A stretch of 64,000 nt of DNA from an uncultured virus (IMG/VR IMGVR_UViG_3300020046_001970) (taxonomy: Duplodnaviria > Heunggongvirae > Uroviricota > Caudoviricetes), in IMG/VR virus record IMGVR_UViG_3300020046_001970; one strand, 5' to 3'. The notes beneath the pieces were generated by a model. The model saw only the letters and a program-made list of their open reading frames with translations, was not told where the DNA came from and searched no databases. Below, piece after piece: positions 1 to 7,651 of the stretch. The translations under genes were made by a program, and so were the position numbers. How positions within the stretch are numbered: the first letter of the stretch is position 1; every line of letters begins with the position of its first letter.

Positions 1-22
1 GGTTCGAGTCCAAGGTCCGGCG
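1..22 (+). tRNA. 3' end of a tRNA cut by the window edge (identity unknown)
   Basis: GG-TTCGAGT-CCAAG T-arm followed by acceptor strand GTCCGGC-G. Confidence 0.7.
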
Positions 23-31
23 CTTAATGGC

Positions 32-391
32 CTACCCAAATACTGGGTTGTGTAGCTCAGTGTGGCAATTAGCACACAACAACTGGCACTTCTTAGATTC
101 ACTTACTAAGGTGTCCCAGGTGTGATTTGAGCAGGCTCGTAAATCCAGTCCGAAACTCTTGGTGGCTGGGTCAATATGGTGAAACGATAAAACAGCGTAG
201 TTTTTACTGTATCCACACAACCGACACTTACCACCATGGGAGTTTACCAATCGAACCTTACGTGTTATACCGCGTTGTTGTTGGCATTCGTAGTTCTGGT
301 TCCTCCTGTTTGAGTCTTGGTTCCTACACTTGCTAGAACAGAATCTAGATTGCTTACCGGTTAGTTTGCCAGCACAAACGATACATGTCAT
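32..391 (-). CDS. HNH endonuclease-like protein with N-terminal Zn finger
   Basis: CxxC..CSxxC, CRLCGY, FHHIDP, LLCANCHTELH. Confidence 0.85.
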   Translation of the reverse strand: MTCIVCAGKLTGKQSRFCSSKCRNQDSNRRNQNYECQQQRGITRKVRLVNSHGGKCRLCGYSKNYAVLSFHHIDPATKSFGLDLRACSNHTWDTLVSESKKCQLLCANCHTELHNPVFG

Positions 392-428
392 GCCTCTAGT
401 GTACCGTAACTTGAGATTAAGTTCAACT

Positions 429-513
429 GGAATGAAAACCTATCGGGGATAGGCTTGGTTTTGAAAACCAAAGGAGCGAGAAATCGCCTGGGGGTCGGGA
501 CCTCTTCATTCCT
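429..513 (+). tRNA. tRNA-Ser(TGA), 8/4 fold
   Basis: GGAATGAA/TTCATTCC 8-bp acceptor, 6-bp D stem, TTGGT-TTTGAAA-ACCAA, long V arm, 4-bp T stem with GTCGGGA loop. Confidence 0.85.
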
Positions 514-518
514 CTCTT

Positions 519-602
519 GCGTGGGTGGCGAAACTGGCAGACGCAGTAGATTCAAAATCTACCACCCTTAGAAGTGTACGGGTTCAAGTCCCGTCCCACG
601 CA
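519..602 (+). tRNA. tRNA-Leu(CAA)
   Basis: canonical type II cloverleaf, GTAGA-TTCAAAA-TCTAC. Confidence 0.95.
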
Positions 603-615
603 CTGAGGTGACTTC

Positions 616-861
616 ATGGAGCCTGTAAAGAAGGTACACGGTATCGGGTACGCCTCTCAACCTGATCATCAATTCCGATGTGACGGTAAATGGGGACAGC
701 CTGCGTGGGCTGGGGTTAATCAGAGCATGGGGTCGGATGGTCGTATCCGAGATGGCTCAGGGGAGCCTCTTACTCCAGAGCGTGTGTATCTATCAGACGA
801 GGACGACCGGCTTTTCTCCTTTGATGAGTCACTCATCACTTGTGAGGCGTGTCGTGTCTAG
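616..861 (+). CDS. hypothetical protein
   Basis: GAGG RBS, fills an inter-tRNA space. Confidence 0.6.
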   Translation: MEPVKKVHGIGYASQPDHQFRCDGKWGQPAWAGVNQSMGSDGRIRDGSGEPLTPERVYLSDEDDRLFSFDESLITCEACRV

Positions 862-885
862 GTAAGTAGTGTTTGATTGTGTAAT

Positions 886-968
886 GCGAACGTGGTGGAA
901 TTGGCAGACACGCAGGACTAAGGATCCTGTGCCGTAAAGGTGTGAGAGTTCAAGTCTCTCCGTTCGCA
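886..968 (+). tRNA. tRNA-Leu(AAG)
   Basis: GCGAACG/CGTTCGC, CAGGA-CTAAGGA-TCCTG, long V arm, TTCAAGT loop. Confidence 0.92.
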
Positions 969-980
969 CTAGGGGTTTCA

Positions 981-1166
981 ATGAAGCTGATAGCTGCTAT
1001 GGTTTTGAGTGACGAAGGAAAACTGCTTCCATATACGTGCCAGAGTTCCATGTCTGCTTGTGAAGAGGAAGCAGCTGTAACTCTTCCTTGGCACAGGATG
1101 AAAGCACTCGGGGCTAAGGTGGTGCAAGTTGAAATCCGCACCTTAGACTCAACAGAAACCGAGTAA
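981..1166 (+). CDS. hypothetical protein
   Basis: AGGGG RBS before ATG 981; the longer track ORF overlaps the tRNA. Confidence 0.55.
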   Translation: MKLIAAMVLSDEGKLLPYTCQSSMSACEEEAAVTLPWHRMKALGAKVVQVEIRTLDSTETE

Positions 1167-1168
1167 TT

Positions 1169-1255
1169 GGGTTGGTAATCAGTTAGGAACTGAGCCTGTT
1201 TCGAAAACAGTGCAGGTCCCGAAAGGGGCCAGGGGTTCGAGTCCTCACCTTCCCG
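1169..1255 (+). tRNA. tRNA-Ser(CGA), 8/4 fold
   Basis: GGGTTGGT/ACCTTCCC (two U-U), TCAGTT-AGG-AACTGA, TTCGAAA loop, GGGG-TTCGAGT-CCTC. Confidence 0.8.
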
Positions 1256-1335
1256 CTGGTTGTCCGAGAACCTCATCTCGGAATTAGGCTCCGCCAGTAA
1301 GCCTATAGGGATAAGATCCTTGAAACCTGGCCCAT
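1256..1335 (+). ncRNA. structured inter-tRNA spacer RNA, copy 1 (three hairpins plus pseudoknot)
   Basis: TCCGAGA/TCTCGGA; TAGGCT/AGCCTA whose loop GCCAG is complementary to CTGGC at 1327-1331; ends GAAAC-CTGGC-CCA. Confidence 0.4.
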
Positions 1336-1420
1336 GGAAGGTGAATCGATCAGGGATCGGCGCGACTTGGAAAGTCGTTGGGGCTCGAAAGGGTCTGGAG
1401 GTCGGGACTTCCTCCTTCCG
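1336..1420 (+). tRNA. tRNA-Ser(GGA), 8/4 fold
   Basis: GGAAGGTG/CTCCTTCC, TCGATC-AGG-GATCGG, GCGAC-TTGGAAA-GTCGT, GGAG-GTCGGGA-CTTC. Confidence 0.85.
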
Positions 1421-2048
1421 CTTTAGACTTTACGCGCCTATCAGGCCTTCCTCGGCCTCTATTCAGTACTCCATATGTCGGAGTCAGTGAGTGGCAATTA
1501 GGACATAGGAGGCGTAAGTTCTGTTCCGAACTATTGCTCCAATCTCCGTCTATGTGGTCAACATGTAGCGGTACTCTTTTGGTGGTTGGATTCACCTTAG
1601 ACCAACTACACTCAGAGCACTTCGAACCGTACTTCTCGAAAAGGTAATGTCGTACACGGTACGAGACTGAGGCCCCTTTTATACTCCCTGAGACACTACC
1701 GTTCCTCCAAAGCGCAATGAACTCTCTGGACTTACCCTCCCAATGGGCGGGTATACACTTTTTGGAGCAGTACTGCCGGTCCTCTTTGAAGCATGTATTA
1801 CAAGTAGGGCACTTCTTCTCTTTAGTTCTACCCTTACCTTGGTCCTTGACTCCTCCCTTAGGTTTTAGTTGTCGACATAATTTGCAGTATGTCCAGTAAG
1901 ACCGAATGGGTACGTCACATACCTTGCATTTGTTCTTGAGCTTTATCTTAGGGCTTATTGAGTTGTTGTGTCTGTTGGCACAGCTTCTAGAGCAGAACTT
2001 GAGGTTACTCGAAAGTGAACCACATACGGGGCATACTATTTGACTCAT
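1350..2048 (-). CDS. HNH endonuclease with repeated Zn-finger motifs
   Basis: several CxxC/CSxxC, LHVDHIDGDWSNSSEQNLRLLCPNCH; 3' end runs antisense into tRNA-Ser(GGA). Confidence 0.9.
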   Translation of the reverse strand: MSQIVCPVCGSLSSNLKFCSRSCANRHNNSISPKIKLKNKCKVCDVPIRSYWTYCKLCRQLKPKGGVKDQGKGRTKEKKCPTCNTCFKEDRQYCSKKCIPAHWEGKSREFIALWRNGSVSGSIKGASVSYRVRHYLFEKYGSKCSECSWSKVNPTTKRVPLHVDHIDGDWSNSSEQNLRLLCPNCHSLTPTYGVLNRGRGRPDRRVKSKAEGGSPDLQTLSSPNDFPSRADP

Positions 2049-2108
2049 CCCCTACAGTGCGGTATAAGTTGAATCTCCAACCCCGCACCGCAGTATGTAA
2101 ATTTGATT

Positions 2109-2191
2109 GGGGAGAAAATCGGGCAGGGCCCGGACTTGTTTGCTGAACAAAGTGGCGGTAACACGCTGGGGATCAAGACCTCTTCTCTCCG
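2109..2191 (+). tRNA. tRNA-Ser(GCT), 8/4 fold
   Basis: GGGGAGAA/TTCTCTCC, TCGGGC-AGG-GCCCGG, TTGCTGA loop, GGGG-ATCAAGA-CCTC. Confidence 0.82.
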
Positions 2192-2418
2192 CTAGTGGTT
2201 GTGTTAGTTACGCTAGAGGAAGTCCATGAAGTCTTTTCTACGTAAGCGAGATCTGCTCGGTCAAGTTATGAGTGCTCACATCAGGCTCTCCAGGGCCATT
2301 GAGCTAGAGGTACGTCGTCGAACACCCGTCCCGCAGATCTCCGATGAGATGCTTGCCCAGGTTGAGGTCAACCGACAAAACGAGATTAAGTAGTGGGGGA
2401 TAGTGGTTGGTGTTCTCT

Positions 2419-2501
2419 GGTAGATGAATCAGTCGGGGACTGAACCGGTTTACTAAACCGAGGGACGGTAATACGTTGGGGTTCGAGCCCTCCATCTACC
2501 T
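2419..2501 (+). tRNA. tRNA-Ser(ACT), 8/4 fold
   Basis: GGTAGATG/CATCTACC, TCAGTC-GGG-GACTGA, TTACTAA loop, GGGG-TTCGAGC-CCTC. Confidence 0.85.
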
Positions 2502-2511
2502 CTTGTGTTAT

Positions 2512-2588
2512 GGTGACATGATGGAGCTAGTGAACCAGGCTGACTGTGAATCAGTCATCGACGGGAGCAAAACCCGTATGTCACCCCA
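2512..2588 (+). tRNA. tRNA-His(GTG)
   Basis: G-1:C73, GCTGA-CTGTGAA-TCAGT, atypical T loop AGCAAAA, encoded CCA. Confidence 0.88.
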
Positions 2589-2589
2589 T

Positions 2590-2662
2590 GCCCTTGTAGC
2601 CTAGTGGATCAGGCGACACTTTCCTAAAGTGTTTTACGTAGGTTCGAATCCTACCAAGGGTG
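2590..2662 (+). tRNA. tRNA-Arg(CCT)
   Basis: canonical cloverleaf, ACACT-TTCCTAA-AGTGT. Confidence 0.95.
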
Positions 2663-2688
2663 CTAAGTTAGCGGTGTAGTAACAGGCA

Positions 2689-3006
2689 ATGCTGCAATCT
2701 AATCCTGAAGAGCCTATCCCTGAAGAACCTAGTCGAGATGAGCCGGGGTCTCAGCTCCCCCTCACCAGAAGTGAGTGTCTACCCGATGGGTCCAACAGCA
2801 GTAGACCTTGCGGGTACGTCAAATGTAGGCACCACTTGAACAACTCGAAGCACTCCTGCTCCCTAGACCTAGCTGAGCTTGGGGGAATGACTTTAGACGA
2901 GGTAGGGCAGGTGATGGGGGTAACCCGAGAGCGTGTCCGCCAGATGGAGGTCGCTGCCCTTCGTAAGTTTCGACTTCGGGTAAATTGGGACCCCTCCGAT
3001 TTCTAG
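2689..3006 (+). CDS. sigma-70 region-4-like HTH protein with Cys/His motif
   Basis: MTLDEVGQVMGVTRERVRQMEVAALRK preceded by RPCGYVKCRHHL. Confidence 0.85.
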   Translation: MLQSNPEEPIPEEPSRDEPGSQLPLTRSECLPDGSNSSRPCGYVKCRHHLNNSKHSCSLDLAELGGMTLDEVGQVMGVTRERVRQMEVAALRKFRLRVNWDPSDF

Positions 3007-3207
3007 TTAAGCCTCTCGGTTGAAGTTTCGTAGGTTCAAGTGTAGGGCGTAGATTACCTACACATTATTCGGGTATGGTGGCTAATTGCCACAGAGTTCG
3101 CACTCACACTCAAGTTCAAACTTTGAGTGGGATGGGTAGGCATAGAAAGTCTAGTAAGAAGTACACTTAAGGGTAGGGTGAGAGTCACATATTCGGGTAT
3201 CGTCTAC

Positions 3208-3310
3208 GGGCACTTAGCTCAGATTCTCATATACGGTGGCGCCGCTTGTATGTGGGTGGTAGAGCAAGGGACGAAATCCCTGGGCGCTGGTTCGATCCCA
3301 GTAGTGTCCA
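3208..3310 (+). tRNA. atypical tRNA-Phe-like gene (hairpin in D loop, 5-nt anticodon loop)
   Basis: GGGCACT/AGTGTCC, GCTC/GAGC, AGGGA-CGAAA-TCCCT, GCTGG-TTCGATC-CCAGT. Confidence 0.65.
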
Positions 3311-3323
3311 CAAATGAAATTAA

Positions 3324-3394
3324 GCCCCTAAAGCATTATGGCGATGCACCGCACTTGTAATGCGGAGATGAGAGTTCGATTCTCTCTTGGGGCT
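3324..3394 (+). tRNA. tRNA-Thr(TGT)
   Basis: CCGCA-CTTGTAA-TGCGG, GAGAG-TTCGATT-CTCTC. Confidence 0.9.
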
Positions 3395-3586
3395 CTAGGT
3401 TGCGGAGGTTCGCGTGGCTAAAAAGAAGAAGCTTCAACCCAAGTTAACTCCGGAACCGCTTGATGTGTCTATGGGGTGTCATTCGGTCACTCAGTGTGAC
3501 CACTGCGGTCACGGAAAACATACGGTGGGTCGTTGCCCAGATGAGACTATGAACGGGTACTCGTGTCGGTGTAAGCTGTAAGACTT

Positions 3587-3657
3587 GCGGACGTAGCTCT
3601 AAGGCAGAGCAGAGGGTTTCCAACCCTAGGGAACGAGTTCGATTCTCGTCGTCCGCT
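3587..3657 (+). tRNA. tRNA-Gly(TCC)
   Basis: GCGGACG/CGTCCGC, TTTCCAA loop. Confidence 0.92.
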
Positions 3658-3681
3658 CTGGTGTATTCAACACCTGGAGAG

Positions 3682-4014
3682 ATGAAAATGAAGCTGAATC
3701 AGATTATCGCGGTTGAGAAGGGTGTTCGTGGTCGAGGAGTGGAGCGCCTCACTGGAGTGTACAAGACCCTCCAGCGACAGGACGTTTTTACTGGTCTTCA
3801 ACGTCGGTATACTCCGATGAACGATGACGTGGCAACTCCTCAAGGGGAGATGCTCCCTCCGGAAACCAAGAACATCCAGGAGGATGTTCACCTGCTTCTT
3901 CAGCAAGTGGCTGAGGCGTCGAGTGAGATCATCGACGTTACCTGGCAGCGGGACTTGACGAATTGTGTCGCAAAGGCGGATGTGGTTGTGGATGGGAACG
4001 TCCTGATCAGGTAG
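3682..4014 (+). CDS. conserved hypothetical protein (KLNQIIAVEKG family), probably C-terminally truncated
   Basis: GGAG RBS; KLNQIIAVEKGV...GEMLPPE...NCVAKADVVVDG resembles the N-terminal half of a bacterial/phage family (from recall). Confidence 0.65.
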   Translation: MKMKLNQIIAVEKGVRGRGVERLTGVYKTLQRQDVFTGLQRRYTPMNDDVATPQGEMLPPETKNIQEDVHLLLQQVAEASSEIIDVTWQRDLTNCVAKADVVVDGNVLIR

Positions 4015-4019
4015 GTTAA

Positions 4020-4161
4020 GCAGGAAGGACCTGCAAAAGTTTAAGCGCCTAGTTAGGCGTAGGTCTTCTCGACTCACAATTCGGTGGGTTGTGAAGTGGT
4101 GGAGGGTGGCCGGGAACGGTCGCCCCTACGGGGCTCAGGTAGACCCTGAGCCCCAATTTTT
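4020..4161 (+). ncRNA. five-hairpin structured element ending in a terminator-like hairpin
   Basis: GCAGG/CCTGC, GCGCCT/AGGCGT, TCACAA/TTGTGA, GGGTGGCCG/CGGTCGCCC, GGGGCTCAGG/CCTGAGCCCC then TTTTT. Confidence 0.45.
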
Positions 4162-4176
4162 CTCCTTGAGGTAGTT

Positions 4177-4455
4177 GTGTGGATTCGATTCTGGTACAAG
4201 GTAAACTGCTCATCTTCAAGGGATAACCCAGAGGAGGTGGACTACACCTGGTACACCATCAGGCCTTCTGACGCGACCCTAAAGGATACCGCAGAGGAGA
4301 ACGTCCCCTCCTGGTGTAGAGAGTCTGAGCGTGGTTACAAGTACGGGTACGATGACGTTGAGGCTCTACCTGACCTAGATAGAGCTAGACTTGTTGCCAG
4401 GTATACGAGGCAAAAGGCTTATGCGGAAGAGATGCTACGAGTCCTGGGACAATAG
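4177..4455 (+). CDS. hypothetical protein
   Basis: GAGG RBS; stop codon lies inside the 5' end of the next tRNA. Confidence 0.65.
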   Translation: MWIRFWYKVNCSSSRDNPEEVDYTWYTIRPSDATLKDTAEENVPSWCRESERGYKYGYDDVEALPDLDRARLVARYTRQKAYAEEMLRVLGQ

Positions 4456-4519
4456 ATCAATTGGTTAGATCCCCCGGCTCATAACCGGGCTCGTCTCGGT
4501 TCGAATCCGAGTTGTCCTA
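4446..4519 (+). tRNA. tRNA with CAT anticodon (Ile2 or elongator Met)
   Basis: GGGACAA/TTGTCCT, CCCGG-CTCATAA-CCGGG. Confidence 0.9.
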
Positions 4520-4535
4520 CGAGTGTGTTTACTTT

Positions 4536-4607
4536 GCGGGTGTAACTCAGTGGTAGAGTTCTTGCTTGCCAAGCAAGTTGTCGAGGGTTCGAATCCCTTC
4601 GCCCGCT
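4536..4607 (+). tRNA. tRNA-Gly(GCC)
   Basis: canonical, CTTGC-TTGCCAA-GCAAG. Confidence 0.95.
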
Positions 4608-4696
4608 CTAGTGTATCGACCATGCACTATAACATGAGTATAGGTTGGCAGTGTAACCTACATGTGAACCGAATCTAGATCGGAAACTGCCCCAAT
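4608..4696 (+). ncRNA. structured inter-tRNA spacer RNA, copy 2 (three hairpins plus pseudoknot)
   Basis: GTGTAT/ATGCAC; TAGGTT/AACCTA whose loop GGCAGT is complementary to ACTGCC at 4686-4691; CCGA/TCGG; ends GAAAC-TGCC-CCA. Confidence 0.4.
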
Positions 4697-4768
4697 GCGG
4701 GTGTAACTCAGTGGTAGAGTGCTGCCTTCCCAAGGCAGTTGTCGAGGGTTCGACCCCCTTCGCCCGCT
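4697..4768 (+). tRNA. tRNA-Gly(CCC)
   Basis: CTGCC-TTCCCAA-GGCAG; close paralogue of the Gly(GCC) gene. Confidence 0.95.
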
Positions 4769-4786
4769 CGAATGAAACAGGAACCC

Positions 4787-4981
4787 ATGAAGACACCAGA
4801 CCCTCAACGGTACGAAAAGTTTAAGTCCAGACTCGACTGGTGGTTCACCCTTTCGAGGCATGCTTCAATCATCATCGTGGTGCTAGGTACCCTATACATA
4901 GCTCACGCTTTGGCCGATGGCCGGTTGGAAGTGATCAGGCTTACGAGGGAAAATCAACAACTACGCGAAAAGTGTCACTGA
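4787..4981 (+). CDS. small membrane protein
   Basis: AGGA RBS, hydrophobic segment IIIVVLGTLYIAHALA. Confidence 0.55.
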   Translation: MKTPDPQRYEKFKSRLDWWFTLSRHASIIIVVLGTLYIAHALADGRLEVIRLTRENQQLREKCH

Positions 4982-4986
4982 TACCT

Positions 4987-5058
4987 GTCGAGATGGCTGA
5001 ATGGTAAAGCGTGGAGCTGCAACCTCCATTTTCATCGGTTCGATTCCGATTCTCGACT
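4987..5058 (+). tRNA. tRNA-Cys(GCA)
   Basis: GTCGAGA/TCTCGAC, TGGAG-CTGCAAC-CTCCA, U73. Confidence 0.93.
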
Positions 5059-5064
5059 CTCTTT

Positions 5065-5138
5065 GCCCTTGTGGTCTAACGGATTAAGGCACGACACTTC
5101 TAATGTCGAAGATGGGAGTTCGATTCTCTCCAAGGGTG
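5065..5138 (+). tRNA. tRNA-Arg(TCT)
   Basis: CGACA-CTTCTAA-TGTCG. Confidence 0.93.
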
Positions 5139-5160
5139 CTAGTTGGTTTCTTTTATGTTT

Positions 5161-5236
5161 ACCCTTGTAGCTCAACAGACAGAGCAGGTGGCTTCGAACC
5201 ACAAGGTTGTAGGTGCAATTCCTACCAAGGGTGCCA
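5161..5236 (+). tRNA. tRNA-Arg(TCG)
   Basis: ACCCTTG/CAAGGGT, CTTCGAA loop, encoded CCA. Confidence 0.9.
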
Positions 5237-5259
5237 AGTGTTGTTATCAGGTCTTGGAG

Positions 5260-5550
5260 TTAGCCGTTAACGGAGCTTGACCGGACTTCACGTTGGCCCT
5301 CCGGAATTTTATGCGTGCGTAGACGATGACAAACAGCGCAACGCACCTCACACTTAGAGATCTCCTCTCGAATTACCTGTTCTGGACGGCGCTCGCTGAG
5401 CATTATACTTACGGTTTGAATCTTCACGCCTCGTACATGGTCAAAATCCATCGCGCATGGGTGGTATTGCCTACCGCAGTCTACACAAGGTTGACTTTTC
5501 GCTGCATTGACGACATCCCTTAGTCGCTTCACCGTAGCTCTGTTGGACAA
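5260..5550 (-). CDS. HNH endonuclease-like protein
   Basis: PCVDCG..MDFDHVRG..EISKCEVRCAVCHRLRT. Confidence 0.85.
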   Translation of the reverse strand: MSNRATVKRLRDVVNAAKSQPCVDCGRQYHPCAMDFDHVRGVKIQTVSIMLSERRPEQVIREEISKCEVRCAVCHRLRTHKIPEGQREVRSSSVNG

Positions 5551-5627
5551 ATTAGCACGAGTAGTCGAAGTATAAGTGAAATTTCGATTCCAGGAGCTAA
5601 GGTTCTACTTGTCAACGGGCGGTTAGT

Positions 5628-6029
5628 ATGGCCTACTCCTATGACCGTCGTGTTGCTGCTGGTCGTGTGACCTTTAAGCCGTTTAGTCGAATAGACCCCA
5701 ACGGTGGTATGGGCTCATCTAAGGTCCTACTGGATGGCGTTGTTGTGGCTTACATCGAACGCGATGTGGTTATGGAGTCTGTTGGAGTGATGCAGAAGAA
5801 GTACACGGTTAGAGCGTACGTTCCTACCTTGCAGGGGCCAATAGGTTACTTACCAGGGTCAGATCTGTTCGAGGATAAAGAGTACCCAGACCTCTCGGAA
5901 GTGAAGCGACTCCTTACTGCGTTCCTCAGTAAGATTCCTGAGGTGGTCCCAGAGATCTACACCCTCTACTGGGCCAAGAAGATTAACTCCACTGAGTGGA
6001 AAGACCGTGTCCTGGATGCCTGTAAATGA
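5628..6029 (+). CDS. hypothetical protein
   Basis: 133-aa ORF coupled to the next gene. Confidence 0.7.
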   Translation: MAYSYDRRVAAGRVTFKPFSRIDPNGGMGSSKVLLDGVVVAYIERDVVMESVGVMQKKYTVRAYVPTLQGPIGYLPGSDLFEDKEYPDLSEVKRLLTAFLSKIPEVVPEIYTLYWAKKINSTEWKDRVLDACK

Positions 6030-6541
6030 CCACGAAGCCATTTGACCCGAAGCTAGACCCGAAAGTCACCTTAGCTCAAGCTCAAGAGATTCTCCGAGAG
6101 CATGCCATGAGGGGGAAGGGGGCGGTCTGCCCTTGTTGCCGCCAAGTGGTGCAGGTTGACAGGAAGTCAATTACGTCTTCGATGGCGTACGCTCTCATGG
6201 TTCTCTTTCGAGAGAAGACCTTGGAGTGGGTAAACGTAGCGAAGTACCTGGATGACATGCAAAAGTTAGGCTCCATGAGTAAGGGGGGCGACTGGGCCAG
6301 GCTCTGCTATTGGGGCCTCCTCAAGGAGCAAGATGGTAAGTCTGCTAAAAGGGGCTACTACCAGCTGACTGAGAAGGGTAAGCTCTTTGCGAGGGGTCAG
6401 GTCAAGGTACCTAAAACAGCCCTCTTCTATGACGGTCGCCTACTAGGCTTTACCCCAGGCGACACCTCTATCCAAGAGTGCCTCGGGGATCTTGACTACG
6501 CGAGTTTATTGGAAGGTAAGTTCTCGCAATTTGCGGTGTGA
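6026..6541 (+). CDS. hypothetical protein, possible winged-helix DNA-binding
   Basis: CPCC, GYYQLTEKGKLF wing-like motif. Confidence 0.7.
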   Translation: MTTKPFDPKLDPKVTLAQAQEILREHAMRGKGAVCPCCRQVVQVDRKSITSSMAYALMVLFREKTLEWVNVAKYLDDMQKLGSMSKGGDWARLCYWGLLKEQDGKSAKRGYYQLTEKGKLFARGQVKVPKTALFYDGRLLGFTPGDTSIQECLGDLDYASLLEGKFSQFAV

Positions 6542-6606
6542 CTTTTTCGAGGGTGCTTGTCGATTGTGGTTGAAGAAGTTCCCGCTACTACGTACTAGTT
6601 GTAGAG

Positions 6607-6936
6607 GTGAATTTTATGACTCGAAAGACAATTGCATTCTTGGTTGCTGTACTCGTGGTTGCGTGCTCTTCCAACCCTGTTGTTGAGGGTCAGGTAGGTG
6701 GAGGTCAGGACCCACCCCTGAAATTAGACCCTGTTGAGGGTTCAGTACCTCCTCAGGATGCGGGGAGGGACTCACGGACTTCGGACGCCAACCCAGAAGA
6801 CTCAAGCGTTGACAGCTCTTTGGATGCAGCTACCGATAGCCCCTCCTCAGATTCGTCTACCGATAGCTCTTCAGACGCTGCGGACAGCGCTTCAGATTCA
6901 GATGGGGGTGCTGACTCACTGTGTCATAGGACATAA
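6607..6936 (+). CDS. putative lipoprotein with Asp/Ser-rich tail
   Basis: signal peptide and lipobox VVAC, DS/DA-rich low complexity. Confidence 0.6.
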   Translation: MNFMTRKTIAFLVAVLVVACSSNPVVEGQVGGGQDPPLKLDPVEGSVPPQDAGRDSRTSDANPEDSSVDSSLDAATDSPSSDSSTDSSSDAADSASDSDGGADSLCHRT

Positions 6937-7145
6937 GTCTACGTCAGATGCTGTAGCCCAAGTTCAAGCCAGTAAAACAAATCGAGCAGATGCCGCTACA
7001 CCACTCAGCCATGCGCCAGCTTCAAAGCCCGCAGCCCCAGCCCAAGCACAAAGCTCCGGCTGTACCTGTCGCGATGGATCAGCAGGTTGTTGCGGTCGAG
7101 GTTGTTGCTCGCGTCATGGGGGTGTTCGTTAGTAGCGAATGGTTG

Positions 7146-7409
7146 CTACCTACTTGGTGAGTTTGGGTGATCGTGCTCCCAATGGTGATTAGGGCACAGG
7201 CTCATCAAGTTCTCAAGATTGTTTATCTCCCCCACCGTGGCGGTAACTGGGAAGTCAGCTACCGCCCTTTTATGGGCTATCTCTACGTGTTTTGAGTACC
7301 CGCACACATGGCAACTAGTGGTCTTGAAGGCAGAGAAGAATACACGTCTAGCGTGCCCTTGAAGAACCCCCGCAGCGACAATTGTCTCTAGGGTGACTGT
7401 GAGCATCAA
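7146..7409 (-). pseudogene. HNH endonuclease fragment, likely 5'-truncated
   Basis: CHVCGYSKHVEIAH...NLMSLCPNHHWE without a convincing N-terminus. Confidence 0.6.
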
Positions 7410-7611
7410 AGTTGGAGATAAGGTCTGTCGTAAGTCTCACCCAGGGATGACTGTTACGAGAATCGTGGATTTCGGGGTGCTTATGGCGGAGTGTACGTGG
7501 TTCCGAAGTCTCGTCCACCCACCTCACCGTGCGTTGTTCGACATTACCACTCTACAAGTCGTTGTAGAGCCTGAGACCTCGATTATCCGAGGGTTACGCC
7601 CTCTGCGATAA
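7393..7611 (+). CDS. YodC/DUF2158-like small protein
   Basis: IKVGDKV..KS.PGMTV...AECTWF. Confidence 0.55.
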   Translation: MTVSIKVGDKVCRKSHPGMTVTRIVDFGVLMAECTWFRSLVHPPHRALFDITTLQVVVEPETSIIRGLRPLR

Positions 7612-7651
7612 ATTCTGGTTAAGCTTCTCAGCCGGTGTACGTAGGTAGGGC

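Noticed and set aside
429..513. Selenocysteine or opal-suppressor tRNA
   Set aside because: The scaffold is Sec-like but the anticodon is TGA (reads UCA, Ser), not TCA. No sel genes are in the window.
3060..3207. Additional tRNA around the repeated TATTCGGGTAT
   Set aside because: Hairpins are present but there is no matching 3' acceptor strand. At most these are degenerate remnants.
1256..4696. Hammerhead or HDV/theta assignment for the spacer motifs
   Set aside because: There is no CTGANGA core before the stem-GAAA and no recognisable HDV L3/P1.1 pattern.
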